DNA from: an uncultured Candidatus Saccharibacteria bacterium
GTDB lineage: Bacteria; Patescibacteriota; Minisyncoccia; Phycocordibacterales; DAORIS01
NCBI GenBank assembly: GCA_964644035.1
Contig: CAZXUH010000001.1
Span: 3,712 to 67,711 of the forward strand
Direction: 5' to 3'
Length of the DNA stretch: 64,000 nt
Positions within the stretch are counted from its first letter, which is position 1; each line of letters begins with the position of its first letter. Both the position numbers and the translations under genes were made by a program. Below the pieces are notes generated by a model. It made no database searches, was not told where the DNA came from, and was given only the letters and a program-made list of their open reading frames with translations. Below are positions 1 to 9,629 of the stretch, piece by piece.

Positions 1-1133
1 GCAATGAACGCCGAGTATCGGTCAACTATGCTCCACTTCCAAAGGAAGTACAGAAAGGTGGTTTTATACTCTTGCACGATGGAAAGAAGAAACTCGAAAT
101 TTTGGATATACGCGGCAATGATATTATTTGCAAAGTGATCGTCGGGGGTGAAATAAAGAATAAGCGAGGTGTCAATTTGCCTGGCGCACATTTGTCGATC
201 AGCTCTCTGACAGACAAGGATAAGAAGGATCTCGAATTTGGTATTAAGAACAAAGTAGACTTTGTTGCTTTCTCATTTGTACGAAGAGCAGAAGATATCA
301 ATGAACTCCGAAAACTACTCGACAAGGCAAAGATGCAAGAAACAAAAATCATTGCCAAGGTAGAAGATGTCGAAGGTCTTGAAAATATTGATGAAATCAT
401 CAAGCTTGTCGATGGTGTTATGGTTGCTCGTGGTGATATGGCAATAGAGATCGGTGCTGAAAACGTGCCTATGGTCCAGAAAATGATCATTAAGAAGTGC
501 AATGAACTCGGTAAAATTGTCATCACTGCTACTCACATGCTCGAATCGATGATCAAGAGCCCCGTTCCTACTCGAGCCGAAGTGTCCGATATTGCCAACG
601 CTATTATCGATGGTACCGATGCAATCATGCTTTCGGAAGAAACCACCCTTGGAGATTTTCCTCTTGAATCAGTAGATGTCATGACCAAAGTTGCACTTCG
701 GATTGAAAACGATGCTATGTATAAGGATCAGATTGTTGAAACTCAAAAGCGCAAACATGCAGCAATCGGTAGTGGCATTTCAGACGCAGTTTCAAATGAA
801 GTTGTCGATGTCGCCAATGCCGTCAAAGCAAAGGTTATCGTTTCTCTTACTGAATCTGGTCTCACAGCTCGCATGGTATCGAGGTACAAGCCTCTTCAGA
901 AGCATATTGCTATGACTTCGAACCCTGTTACTCTACGCCAGCTTATCTTTACCTTTGGCTGCACTCCGGTTCTCATTCCAAAATACAAGACTGACAAGGA
1001 AGCAATAGAAGGTGCTAAAGCATACTGTCTCAAAAACAAAATTGCGGAGAAGGGGGACAAAATAGTCCTCGCTCTCGGTACTCGTAACAACAAAAAGATT
1101 CACACCAATATGATTGTGGTGGAGACTATATAA
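1..1133 (+). CDS. pyk: Pyruvate kinase (5' part lies outside the window)
   Basis: Motifs KRGVNLPG, IIAKVE, DGVMVARGDM, ITATHMLES, PTRAEVSDIANA, DAIMLSEET; frame is open back to the window start. Confidence 0.97.
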   Translation, partial: NERRVSVNYAPLPKEVQKGGFILLHDGKKKLEILDIRGNDIICKVIVGGEIKNKRGVNLPGAHLSISSLTDKDKKDLEFGIKNKVDFVAFSFVRRAEDINELRKLLDKAKMQETKIIAKVEDVEGLENIDEIIKLVDGVMVARGDMAIEIGAENVPMVQKMIIKKCNELGKIVITATHMLESMIKSPVPTRAEVSDIANAIIDGTDAIMLSEETTLGDFPLESVDVMTKVALRIENDAMYKDQIVETQKRKHAAIGSGISDAVSNEVVDVANAVKAKVIVSLTESGLTARMVSRYKPLQKHIAMTSNPVTLRQLIFTFGCTPVLIPKYKTDKEAIEGAKAYCLKNKIAEKGDKIVLALGTRNNKKIHTNMIVVETI

Positions 1134-1166
1134 AGCGGTATTGGTATATAATTACAATACATAGAC

Positions 1167-1201
1167 ATATCTCATAGACAATGTTCTATTGAGATATTTT
1201 T
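1167..1201 (+). terminator. Putative intrinsic terminator after pyk
   Basis: ATATCTCATAGA...TCTATTGAGATAT stem (one bulge) followed by a T run. Confidence 0.5.
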
Positions 1202-1248
1202 ATTATTTTTTTAATTTTTCTTCATACCTAAAGGTATATAATATTCAC

Positions 1249-2007
1249 ATGCACACATTAGCCCAAACACTAAAATATACATTAGTCGATACAGATCTTC
1301 TTCTTGATATCGATACGCAGCGCCAGCAAAAATATGTCATCAAAGTCAGAGATCTCGAAACCGATGAAAAGCCTCGAGAGAAGCTTCTCAAGGTTGGGCC
1401 AGGAGCACTATCGGTGGCCGAACTCATGGCTGTGGTTTTGGCCAATGGTACTAAAAAGGAAGATGTATTGCAGATGTCCAACAGAGTAGTACGTGAATAT
1501 GGTAATCAAATATTGTCTAAGCCTCACAATCCTGAAGATCTAGCCAAAGATCTCGATATCCCTCTCAACAAAGCGATACAGATCGTAGCGGTCAGCGAGC
1601 TCGGCAAAAGATTTTATCAGAAAGAGAGCGGAGGATTGGCGGTGATTCGCACTGCTCAAGATGCTCATACCTATCTACGTGATATGCACAATCTACCCAA
1701 AGAACACGTCAGAGGAATATATCTCAATACTCATCACCAAGTCATTCACGATGAAGTGATATCGATCGGTACCGTCAATTCAAATCTTGTTCACCCAAGA
1801 GAAGTATTCAAGCCAGCTATTCAATACGGCGCTGCGGCAGTGATCGTTGCTCACAATCATCCCTCGGGCATTATGAAGGCTTCGGACTCTGACGTTGCCG
1901 TGACCAAACAGCTAGTGCAGGCGGGGAAAGTGCTCGGCATACACCTCATTGATCATATTATCGTCAGTGGAGACAAATTCATCAGTATCGATATAAATTA
2001 CAACTAA
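1249..2007 (+). CDS. radC: RadC family JAB/MPN-domain protein
   Basis: KPREKL N-terminal motif, E...VHPREVFK, HNHPSG, DHII; ATG 1249 chosen because TATAAT lies 6 nt upstream. Confidence 0.93.
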   Translation: MHTLAQTLKYTLVDTDLLLDIDTQRQQKYVIKVRDLETDEKPREKLLKVGPGALSVAELMAVVLANGTKKEDVLQMSNRVVREYGNQILSKPHNPEDLAKDLDIPLNKAIQIVAVSELGKRFYQKESGGLAVIRTAQDAHTYLRDMHNLPKEHVRGIYLNTHHQVIHDEVISIGTVNSNLVHPREVFKPAIQYGAAAVIVAHNHPSGIMKASDSDVAVTKQLVQAGKVLGIHLIDHIIVSGDKFISIDINYN

Positions 2008-2008
2008 T

Positions 2009-2251
2009 ATGGATCAAGTACAGACAAAATATATTATTAGTGATTTAGTGCATATGCTTCATGATGCTCCAGCTAGTCATGAGGAAGGGAAGACAGAAAT
2101 ACTTGAAGCCTATTTCAATGACATTTATAAATTGCTACTAGGCAAATTGGCAAAATTTGAAGCGGCGACAACGGTCAATGATAATGACAAAAACAAACTC
2201 CGCTCGCTGCTCGACGAACTTATCAATGTAAAGCTCCTCTTAGTAGACTAG
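2009..2251 (+). CDS. Hypothetical helical protein, 80 aa
   Basis: ORF starts 1 nt after the radC stop; no recognisable motif. Confidence 0.6.
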   Translation: MDQVQTKYIISDLVHMLHDAPASHEEGKTEILEAYFNDIYKLLLGKLAKFEAATTVNDNDKNKLRSLLDELINVKLLLVD

Positions 2252-2277
2252 ACATTTTAGTATTTATTTGATATAAT
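2249..2277 (+). promoter_or_regulatory. Sigma70-type promoter TAGACA-17-TATAAT
   Basis: Near-consensus hexamers with 17 bp spacing, upstream of SD AAAGGAG (2286-2292). Confidence 0.7.
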
Positions 2278-2298
2278 ATATAGTGAAAGGAGTTCATT

Positions 2299-2499
2299 AT
2301 GGTAGATGTAGTTCAGTCTGATGAGAAAGCGTTGGAGGAATTTGCAAGAATCTTTCGGCAATACCACCAGGATTTGCGTGCCGGTCTCAGTCCTTCAAGA
2401 ACGGAAATCGATAAATATCTCAAACGAGGTATTGTCGGGATCGACGAGGTCGCGGCGGCCGTCGAAAAGGATTTTCACACTCCCGCGGCGGATTACTAG
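2299..2499 (+). CDS. Small orphan protein, 66 aa, SD-led
   Basis: Own promoter, strong SD and downstream terminator. Confidence 0.65.
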   Translation: MVDVVQSDEKALEEFARIFRQYHQDLRAGLSPSRTEIDKYLKRGIVGIDEVAAAVEKDFHTPAADY

Positions 2500-2517
2500 G
2501 CCGATGGCAACTAAGCC

Positions 2518-2556
2518 AAACCCTCGACAACACAAGATGTTGCCGAGGGTTTTTTT
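2518..2556 (+). terminator. Intrinsic terminator
   Basis: AAACCCTCG...CGAGGGTTT stem with T tract. Confidence 0.8.
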
Positions 2557-2594
2557 ATTTACAATTAGGCCCTGTTTTGATAACGTGTACAGCT

Positions 2595-3290
2595 ATGCAA
2601 GCAGTAATCCTCGCCGGTGGAAAAGGCACCAGAATGGCTCATCTGGTAGCTGATAAGCCAAAACCAATGATTGAAATCCTCGGTCGCAATCTTATCGAGC
2701 ACAAGATCGATCGACTCCCCGATGAAATCAAAGAAGTGATCATTATTGTCAATCACATGAAAGAAAAAATCATGGATTATTTTGGTGATTCGTACAAGGG
2801 CAAGAAAATCACTTATGTCGACCAAGGTGAACCACATGGCACTGGTCATGCAGTCTGGCAGGCCAAAGATGCTATTACGGGTGACTTTATCACTATGATG
2901 GGAGATGATATTTATCCTACTGAAACTATCAAGAATGTTCTCAATCATGATTGGTCTATGACAGTTATTCCATATAAGAGCTTTAAGACGGCAGGAGACG
3001 TGAAGCTCGATGAAAATGGCAATCTCAAAGATGTGGTGTTCGATGATGCTGGCACCTATCAGGGCGATATTCTTATCGACACCTGTCTCTATAAGCTCAA
3101 GAAAGATATTTTTGATACAGATTTGGTGCAGGTTTCAGGAGGTAAAGAATTTGGCCTTCCTCACACAGTCTTTAAATACGTCAAAGAAAACAAGGTTCCA
3201 ATGAAAGTCGTGAAGACCGACAAATGGGTCAAGATGAATACCCCAGAAGAAGTAGAAGCTGCGGAAAACGATCTTAGAGATATGATGTAA
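2595..3290 (+). CDS. Sugar-phosphate nucleotidyltransferase (NTP_transferase family)
   Basis: MQAVILAGGKGTRM...KPKPMIEI and GTGHA motifs. Confidence 0.9.
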   Translation: MQAVILAGGKGTRMAHLVADKPKPMIEILGRNLIEHKIDRLPDEIKEVIIIVNHMKEKIMDYFGDSYKGKKITYVDQGEPHGTGHAVWQAKDAITGDFITMMGDDIYPTETIKNVLNHDWSMTVIPYKSFKTAGDVKLDENGNLKDVVFDDAGTYQGDILIDTCLYKLKKDIFDTDLVQVSGGKEFGLPHTVFKYVKENKVPMKVVKTDKWVKMNTPEEVEAAENDLRDMM

Positions 3291-3318
3291 GCGAGTAATT
3301 GATAGTATACTTCTATCA

Positions 3319-4653
3319 ATGAAAGACTTTGGTAATCATTTTAAAAATAAGAAAATAACCGTCATGGGGCTCGGGCTGTTGGGACGGGGTATTGGCGATG
3401 TACGATTTTTGGCCAAGCAAGGTGCACAATTGATCGTTACCGATCTGAAGACAAAAGAGCAGCTTGCCGATTCTTTGAAGCTACTCACGCAATTTAAAAA
3501 TATTACCTATAGATTGGGTGAACATAGGCTCGAGGATTTTAGAGATAGGGACATGATCATAAAAGCTGCTGGGGTACCACTTGATTCGCCTTTTATCGCT
3601 GAAGCAAAAAAGCACAATATACCAGTCAAAATGAGTACCTCTCTTTTTGCCGAACTCACTCCTGCAACTCTAGTTGGTATTACAGGTACGAGAGGCAAGT
3701 CTACAACCACGCATTTGATACATGAGATTTTGAAAAAAGCATATAAAGGTAAGAAGCAAAAAGTATATTTAGGAGGCAATGTGAAAGGTGTTTCTACACT
3801 CGAGCTTCTGCCTAAAATAAAAAAAGAAGATATTGTGGTGCTCGAACTCGATTCATGGCAATTACAGGGTTTTGGAGAATCAAAGATCAGTCCGCATATT
3901 GCCGTGTTCACAACTCTCATGCGTGATCACATGAATTATTATAAAGATAATATGCAGAAATATTTCAACGATAAGGCCAATATTTTTGCATTTCAGAAAA
4001 AGAATGATGTATTAGTTGTTGGTAAGCAGGTTTCAGCAAAAATCAAAAAGACTGTCTCCAGGAAAATAATTACCGATGAGAATGATATCCCAAAGTCTTG
4101 GAAAGCTTCTATTCCAGGTACACACAATCGCTACAATATTGCTTTGGCTATAGAAGCTGCTCGGGTGCTCAATATATCTGAAAAAGTCATTAAAAAAAGC
4201 GTCGAATCATACAAAGGTGTGGCCGGAAGATTGGAATTGATAAAAGTATTGAAAAATAGAACCAAGGTCTATAATGACACAACAGCCACGACCCCTGATG
4301 CTCTGACAGTAGCTCTCAAAGCGCTTGGTACAAAGAAAAACATCACCCTCATTATGGGTGGAGCAGGCAAGGGACTTTCTATGAACTCTATACTTGCTCC
4401 GATCAAAAAATACATAAAGAATCTTATTTATTTACCAGGTACTGGAACTGACACAATCATTACTAATAAAAAATTCTCAACACTAAAACCAGTATTAGCA
4501 AAAGACATGCCTGACGCTGTTGAAAAAGCAGCTGCTCTTATTCATGGCAATGATGTCCTACTTTTGAGTCCAGGTTTTGCTTCATTCGGTCTTTTTAAGA
4601 ATGAATTTGACAGGGGAGAGCAATTCAATCGATTGGTGAAAAAACTCAAATAA
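3319..4653 (+). CDS. murD: UDP-N-acetylmuramoyl-L-alanine--D-glutamate ligase
   Basis: GITGTRGKSTT, LELDSWQL, DHMNYY, YNDTTAT, LLSPGFASF...F..RG. Confidence 0.93.
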   Translation: MKDFGNHFKNKKITVMGLGLLGRGIGDVRFLAKQGAQLIVTDLKTKEQLADSLKLLTQFKNITYRLGEHRLEDFRDRDMIIKAAGVPLDSPFIAEAKKHNIPVKMSTSLFAELTPATLVGITGTRGKSTTTHLIHEILKKAYKGKKQKVYLGGNVKGVSTLELLPKIKKEDIVVLELDSWQLQGFGESKISPHIAVFTTLMRDHMNYYKDNMQKYFNDKANIFAFQKKNDVLVVGKQVSAKIKKTVSRKIITDENDIPKSWKASIPGTHNRYNIALAIEAARVLNISEKVIKKSVESYKGVAGRLELIKVLKNRTKVYNDTTATTPDALTVALKALGTKKNITLIMGGAGKGLSMNSILAPIKKYIKNLIYLPGTGTDTIITNKKFSTLKPVLAKDMPDAVEKAAALIHGNDVLLLSPGFASFGLFKNEFDRGEQFNRLVKKLK

Positions 4654-4726
4654 ATTCTTTATTTTTTCTTGAGCGAAATTTCATACCTCATTTGTTAGGA
4701 TGTTGGCATAAAAATAATAAATATAT

Positions 4727-4984
4727 ATGCCAAAAGAACCAACACTTAATACGCTTGATAAGAAGATTGATCATCTTACTGAGATTTGTTCCACAAATTT
4801 TACTCGAATGAACCATCGTTTTGATAAAGTCGAAGAAAGACTCGATGATTTGGAAGAAGATGTTGGTGTTTTGAAAATTGGTGTTAAAGCACTGGAGAAT
4901 AAAGTCGAAGTGTTACAGGAAGATGTTTTAGAGATTAAAAATATCGTATCTCCTCAGAAGCGAAGAGTTGCGGTTGATATATAG
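4727..4984 (+). CDS. Small coiled-coil protein, 85 aa
   Basis: Heptad pattern NHRFDKVEERLDDLEEDVGVLK; sits between murD and murC. Confidence 0.75.
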   Translation: MPKEPTLNTLDKKIDHLTEICSTNFTRMNHRFDKVEERLDDLEEDVGVLKIGVKALENKVEVLQEDVLEIKNIVSPQKRRVAVDI

Positions 4985-5007
4985 TAGTTAGCATGTAGAA
5001 TCTGAAT

Positions 5008-6312
5008 ATGCAGGATATTGATCTCAAGAATATAAGAACTGTCTATTTCATCGGCATTGGTGGTATAGGTATATCTGCCATAGCAAGATTGATGCTTGAA
5101 GAAGGGAAGAAGGTGTATGGTTCTGATCGTGATAGTTCGAAGGTAACAGAGGAGCTAGAGAAAGTAGGCGCCAAAATATATATAGGTCAGAAGAAAGAAA
5201 ATATAGATCAGATTAAAGAAAAAATTAATCTTTTTGTCTATACAGTCGCAATCCCCGAAGATAGCCCAGAACTTATTGCTGCCAAAGCTTCGGGATCACC
5301 ACTACGAACATATCCGCAAATGCTCGGTCTTGTATCAAAAGATAAATACACGATAGCTATCTCTGGTACGCACGGTAAGACAACAACGACAGCCATGGTG
5401 GCAAAAATTCTTATCGATGCAGGTCTCGATCCGACAGTTATTGTTGGCAGTCTTCTGGATAAAAATACCAATTTTATTTCTGGTAAAAGTAAGTATTTAG
5501 TTGTAGAAGCGGATGAATATAAAAAGTCGTTTCATAATTTGTATCCATCTATTTTGCTTATAAACAATCTCGATGAAGACCACCTCGATTTTTATAAGGA
5601 TTTAGCAGATATTCAAGATTCATTTGCTGAAGTAGCAAAGAAACTACCTACTGACGGATTTCTCATTACCAATACTGACGATGATCATGTTGCTCCTGTT
5701 TTAAGACACACAAAAGCAAAAGTAATTGCTTATCAAAATGAAAAACTATTAGTATCTCTTAAAATGCCAGGTGAGCACAATCGGAGCAATGCTCGAGCCG
5801 CACTAACAGTAGCACTGTCTCTTGGTATTGATCGAAATGTCGCTCAGAAATCATTGTCAGAATTTGGCGGAGTATGGAGACGTTTTGAATACAAGGGTAC
5901 GACATTTAGCGGAGTAATAGTCTATGATGACTATGCTCACAATCCTCAGAAAGTAAGAGCTCTTTTGTCTGGGGCACGAGAATATTTTGGTAAAGACAGA
6001 AGAATTATTGTCGTATTTCAGCCTCACTTGTTTAGTCGAACGAAGCAGCTATTTCAGCAATTTGTCGAAGCTTTTGTAGATGCTGATATTATTATCTTAG
6101 CTCCAATTTTCCCAGCACGAGAAGCATTTGATCCTACTATTTCTTCAGAAATGCTTGCTGCGGAGATTAGTAAAAACCATTCAAACATCCATTCCTTTAA
6201 GACGCTCGATGAGATAGAAGCTTATTTGTCTACCATACTTAAAAAAGACGATGTATTGATAACGGTCGGGGCTGGCGAAGCATATAAAATAGGTGAAAAT
6301 CTTCTAAAGTGA
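5008..6312 (+). CDS. murC: UDP-N-acetylmuramate--L-alanine ligase
   Basis: FIGIGGIGISA, SGTHGKTTT, VEADEY, DDYAHNP, FQPHLFSRT, GAGE. Confidence 0.96.
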   Translation: MQDIDLKNIRTVYFIGIGGIGISAIARLMLEEGKKVYGSDRDSSKVTEELEKVGAKIYIGQKKENIDQIKEKINLFVYTVAIPEDSPELIAAKASGSPLRTYPQMLGLVSKDKYTIAISGTHGKTTTTAMVAKILIDAGLDPTVIVGSLLDKNTNFISGKSKYLVVEADEYKKSFHNLYPSILLINNLDEDHLDFYKDLADIQDSFAEVAKKLPTDGFLITNTDDDHVAPVLRHTKAKVIAYQNEKLLVSLKMPGEHNRSNARAALTVALSLGIDRNVAQKSLSEFGGVWRRFEYKGTTFSGVIVYDDYAHNPQKVRALLSGAREYFGKDRRIIVVFQPHLFSRTKQLFQQFVEAFVDADIIILAPIFPAREAFDPTISSEMLAAEISKNHSNIHSFKTLDEIEAYLSTILKKDDVLITVGAGEAYKIGENLLK

Positions 6313-6356
6313 CACGTAATGTTGTTTTATAAGGCGGAGTATGAGAAAATCCGATT

Positions 6357-6599
6357 ATGAAACAGAAAAATCTACTTATATTGCTGGCATTCCTTGTGCT
6401 TATCATTCCGCTCATCGGTATACCTGAGTCATGGAAAGTCCTCTTTCTTGCCATCATTGCTGCGGTCATAGCATATGTTGCATATGCTGAGGAAATAAAA
6501 GCGTTTTTTGCGCCGAAGATTCATCATGACAATATGGCCTCCGAAGCTTTTTCCAGACAAATGCCTATAGAAAATAATTATCCGTCAGAAAACGCATGA
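6357..6599 (+). CDS. Small membrane protein with two hydrophobic segments
   Basis: LLILLAFLVLIIPLIGIP and VLFLAIIAAVIAYVA; ATGA overlap with the next gene. Confidence 0.75.
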   Translation: MKQKNLLILLAFLVLIIPLIGIPESWKVLFLAIIAAVIAYVAYAEEIKAFFAPKIHHDNMASEAFSRQMPIENNYPSENA

Positions 6600-7831
6600 T
6601 ACGGTGGAAGTTTTTTACAGGGTTACTTGCTCTGTGTATAGGTTCCTTTCTAATCTCCTTTTTTGTACTGCCGACTTTCTTTAAAACTTCCTATCATCCA
6701 GTCGTCAAAAGTGTAGGTGAAGCGGTTGGTAAAACGATTGAAAAAATACCCAAATTTGTCGATAGTGGCAATCATATGAAGCCACCGGTGCCTACAAAAG
6801 GTATTTATATGTCTGCCTGTGCAGCTGCAACTCCCAGCATGCGTTCTGGTCTTCAGAAACTGATCGAAGATACTGAGCTCAATGCGGTGGTGATCGATAT
6901 CAAGGATTTTTCAGGAAAAATTTCGTTTAAAACTCAGAGTCCAGAACTCGAAGGATATCTCTCAACAACGTGTTCAGTCTCTGATATGGCTGAATTTATC
7001 AAGGGCTTGCATGAAAAAGAGATATACGTCATCGGTCGTGTCACTGTTTTTCAGGATCCATATTTTACCAAACTTCATCCAAGTGAGGGCGTAGCACGCA
7101 AGGATGATGGGGAATTGTGGAGGGACAAAAATGGCATTAGCTATATCGATCCAGCATCACAGCAAGCCTGGGACCATATTATCCTGATTGCCAAGGAATC
7201 GTATGCGATCGGTTTTGATGAAATAAATTTCGACTATGTGCGTTATCCTTCGGACGGGGTGATTTCAAATGCTGCATTTCCAAAAAGTAATGGTCGCCCA
7301 AAGGCACAGGTCCTAGAGTCTTTCTTCAAATATTTACATGAACAGTTGGCCAACACGGGGCTCAAAACATCGGCAGACCTCTTTGGTATGACGACTACGA
7401 CAGAAAACGATATGGGTATAGGTCAAATTCTTGAAGCAGCATTGCCCTACTTTGATTATATTGATCCTATGGTTTATCCATCGCATTATCCGGCTGATTT
7501 CAACGGTTGGAAAAATCCAAATGCCGTACCATACGATCTGATTAAGTATGTAATGGGTGCTGCTGTACAAAGAGCTGAATCCTCGACGACAAAAGTCAAA
7601 ACGCTTTCGAATACTGCCATTGCCTCGACCACGCCGCAGCTCTACACTCATGTTCCTGAGAAGCGCGCCAAACTTCGTCCTTGGCTTCAGGATTTCAGCC
7701 TAGGCAATCCTCCGTACAAAGCAGAGCAGGTCAAAGATCAGATTAGAGGCACGTATGACGCTGGTCTTACCGATTGGATCATGTGGAATGCATCCAATAG
7801 ATACACAGTAGACGCGTATCTTCCAGCCTAA
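6596..7831 (+). CDS. Putative glycoside hydrolase (DUF4015-like), N-terminal membrane anchor
   Basis: NAVVIDIKD, GRVTVFQDP, GFDEINFDYVRYP, PMVYPSHY, RPWLQDF, WNASNRY. Confidence 0.8.
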   Translation: MIRWKFFTGLLALCIGSFLISFFVLPTFFKTSYHPVVKSVGEAVGKTIEKIPKFVDSGNHMKPPVPTKGIYMSACAAATPSMRSGLQKLIEDTELNAVVIDIKDFSGKISFKTQSPELEGYLSTTCSVSDMAEFIKGLHEKEIYVIGRVTVFQDPYFTKLHPSEGVARKDDGELWRDKNGISYIDPASQQAWDHIILIAKESYAIGFDEINFDYVRYPSDGVISNAAFPKSNGRPKAQVLESFFKYLHEQLANTGLKTSADLFGMTTTTENDMGIGQILEAALPYFDYIDPMVYPSHYPADFNGWKNPNAVPYDLIKYVMGAAVQRAESSTTKVKTLSNTAIASTTPQLYTHVPEKRAKLRPWLQDFSLGNPPYKAEQVKDQIRGTYDAGLTDWIMWNASNRYTVDAYLPA

Positions 7832-7856
7832 AATAAGGTACAATATACGGGAACGT

Positions 7857-9629
7857 ATGGCACAGGATAGAATCAACTATTTCGCCGAGACCGACGCACG
7901 CAATAAACGCGTCAAATTTGGCATAAAAGCATCCGATAGGACTCGGCATGTCTATATCATCGGTAAAACAGGCATGGGCAAATCGACACTACTCGAGAAC
8001 ATGGCTGTGCAGGATATTCAAAATGGCGATGGTATGGCTTTTATCGATCCGCACGGAAAGACTGCGGAATTGCTCCTCGATTATGTACCCAAAGATCGCA
8101 TCAATGATGTTGTTTATTTTGCACCGTTTGATCTTGATCATCCTATTTCTTTCAATGTCATGGAAGATGTCGGCTATGAACGCAGGCACTTGGTAGCCAA
8201 TGGTCTCATGAGTGCCTTCAAAAAAATATGGGTCGACGCTTGGTCGGCTCGAATGGAATACATTCTCAATAACATTCTTCTGTCGCTTCTCGAATATCCC
8301 GACTCTACTCTTATTGGAGTCAATAGAATGCTCGTCGACAAAGAATATCGCAAGAGCGTGGTTGAAAAAACTACCGATCCTTCGGTCAAATCTTTCTGGA
8401 ATGACGAGTTTGCAAAATATGGCGATCGATACATGCAGGAGGCGGGCGCCGCCATTCAGAACAAGATCGGTCAGTTTATTTCAAATCCAATGATTAGAAA
8501 TATCATTGGTCAGACCAAATCGACGTTCGATATCAGAAACTTGATGGATCAGAAGAAAATCCTAATCATCAACCTTTCAAAAGGCAGGGTAGGCGAAGGT
8601 AATGCCAATCTCCTCGGTAGCATGCTCATTACCAAAATTTATTTATCAGCCATGTCGCGTGCCGATTCTGCACCCTCTGTACTTGCCACATTGCCCAATT
8701 TTTATTTATACGTCGATGAATTCCAGTCTTTTGCCAATGAATCATTTGCGGATATTCTTTCTGAAGCCCGAAAATACAAGCTTAATCTGACCATTGCTCA
8801 CCAGTATATCGAGCAAATGAGTGAAGAGGTCAGAGCGGCAGTCTTTGGCAACGTCGGTAGCATGATCGCTTTTCGTGTCGGAGCCTTTGATGCTGAAATT
8901 CTCGAAAAAGAATTTGCTCCACAGTTTACTGCGCAAGACCTAGTCAATCTAGGTTTTGTGCAGATATACCTCAAACTTATGATCGATGGTGTATCTTCAC
9001 AGCCTTTTTCTGCCTCAACACTTCCACCGATCGAACGTCCGCTTATTTCGCATAAACAAGAAATTATAAAGTCCTCTCGTGATCAGTTTGCACGCACCAG
9101 AGTAATGGTAGAGCTCGATATTCGAGAATGGCATAAGCCAATAAATGCTCCAGTGGCAAAATCAGCAGCCCCTGCTCAACAACAAATACCACGACCACCT
9201 CAACCAGATCAAAAAAGAAAGGATCCAGCTCCCCATGAACAATTTTCAAAAAGACATCATGACCATCTTGAAGGACATAAGAATAAAGAAATGCGTGAGG
9301 CAGATCTTCGTCATGTAATTTCACAAAATTATCCTAAAAATAATGTCCCTCCACCAGAAGGCTCTCCCGATGAAGAATCATTGGTCAAAAGACCCGAAGC
9401 CAAGGCAGCCAATAGCAAATTACCCAAAGATGAAAATGTAAACGCTTTGAAAAAAGCGCTTGAAGCAGTAATGGCCCAGCAAAAAACCGCTCCTCCGGCT
9501 TCCGTATCTTCAACACCAAAACCTCAACAACAAACAACCTCTGCACACTCTATACCAAAAGAAACATTCAATCCTCATACAGGTGAAGTGCCAGAAGAAG
9601 TCCTCAGAAAAATCCTTAAGCGAGATTGA
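7857..9629 (+). CDS. VirD4/TraG/HerA-like P-loop ATPase with Pro/Gln-rich C-terminal tail
   Basis: Walker A GKTGMGKS, IDPHG, Walker B YLYVDEFQ, LSEARKY..AHQY..Q. Confidence 0.85.
   Translation: MAQDRINYFAETDARNKRVKFGIKASDRTRHVYIIGKTGMGKSTLLENMAVQDIQNGDGMAFIDPHGKTAELLLDYVPKDRINDVVYFAPFDLDHPISFNVMEDVGYERRHLVANGLMSAFKKIWVDAWSARMEYILNNILLSLLEYPDSTLIGVNRMLVDKEYRKSVVEKTTDPSVKSFWNDEFAKYGDRYMQEAGAAIQNKIGQFISNPMIRNIIGQTKSTFDIRNLMDQKKILIINLSKGRVGEGNANLLGSMLITKIYLSAMSRADSAPSVLATLPNFYLYVDEFQSFANESFADILSEARKYKLNLTIAHQYIEQMSEEVRAAVFGNVGSMIAFRVGAFDAEILEKEFAPQFTAQDLVNLGFVQIYLKLMIDGVSSQPFSASTLPPIERPLISHKQEIIKSSRDQFARTRVMVELDIREWHKPINAPVAKSAAPAQQQIPRPPQPDQKRKDPAPHEQFSKRHHDHLEGHKNKEMREADLRHVISQNYPKNNVPPPEGSPDEESLVKRPEAKAANSKLPKDENVNALKKALEAVMAQQKTAPPASVSSTPKPQQQTTSAHSIPKETFNPHTGEVPEEVLRKILKRD

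Noticed and set aside
7857-9629. Integrated conjugative element
   Set aside because: No relaxase, integrase, att sites or mating-pair genes in the window
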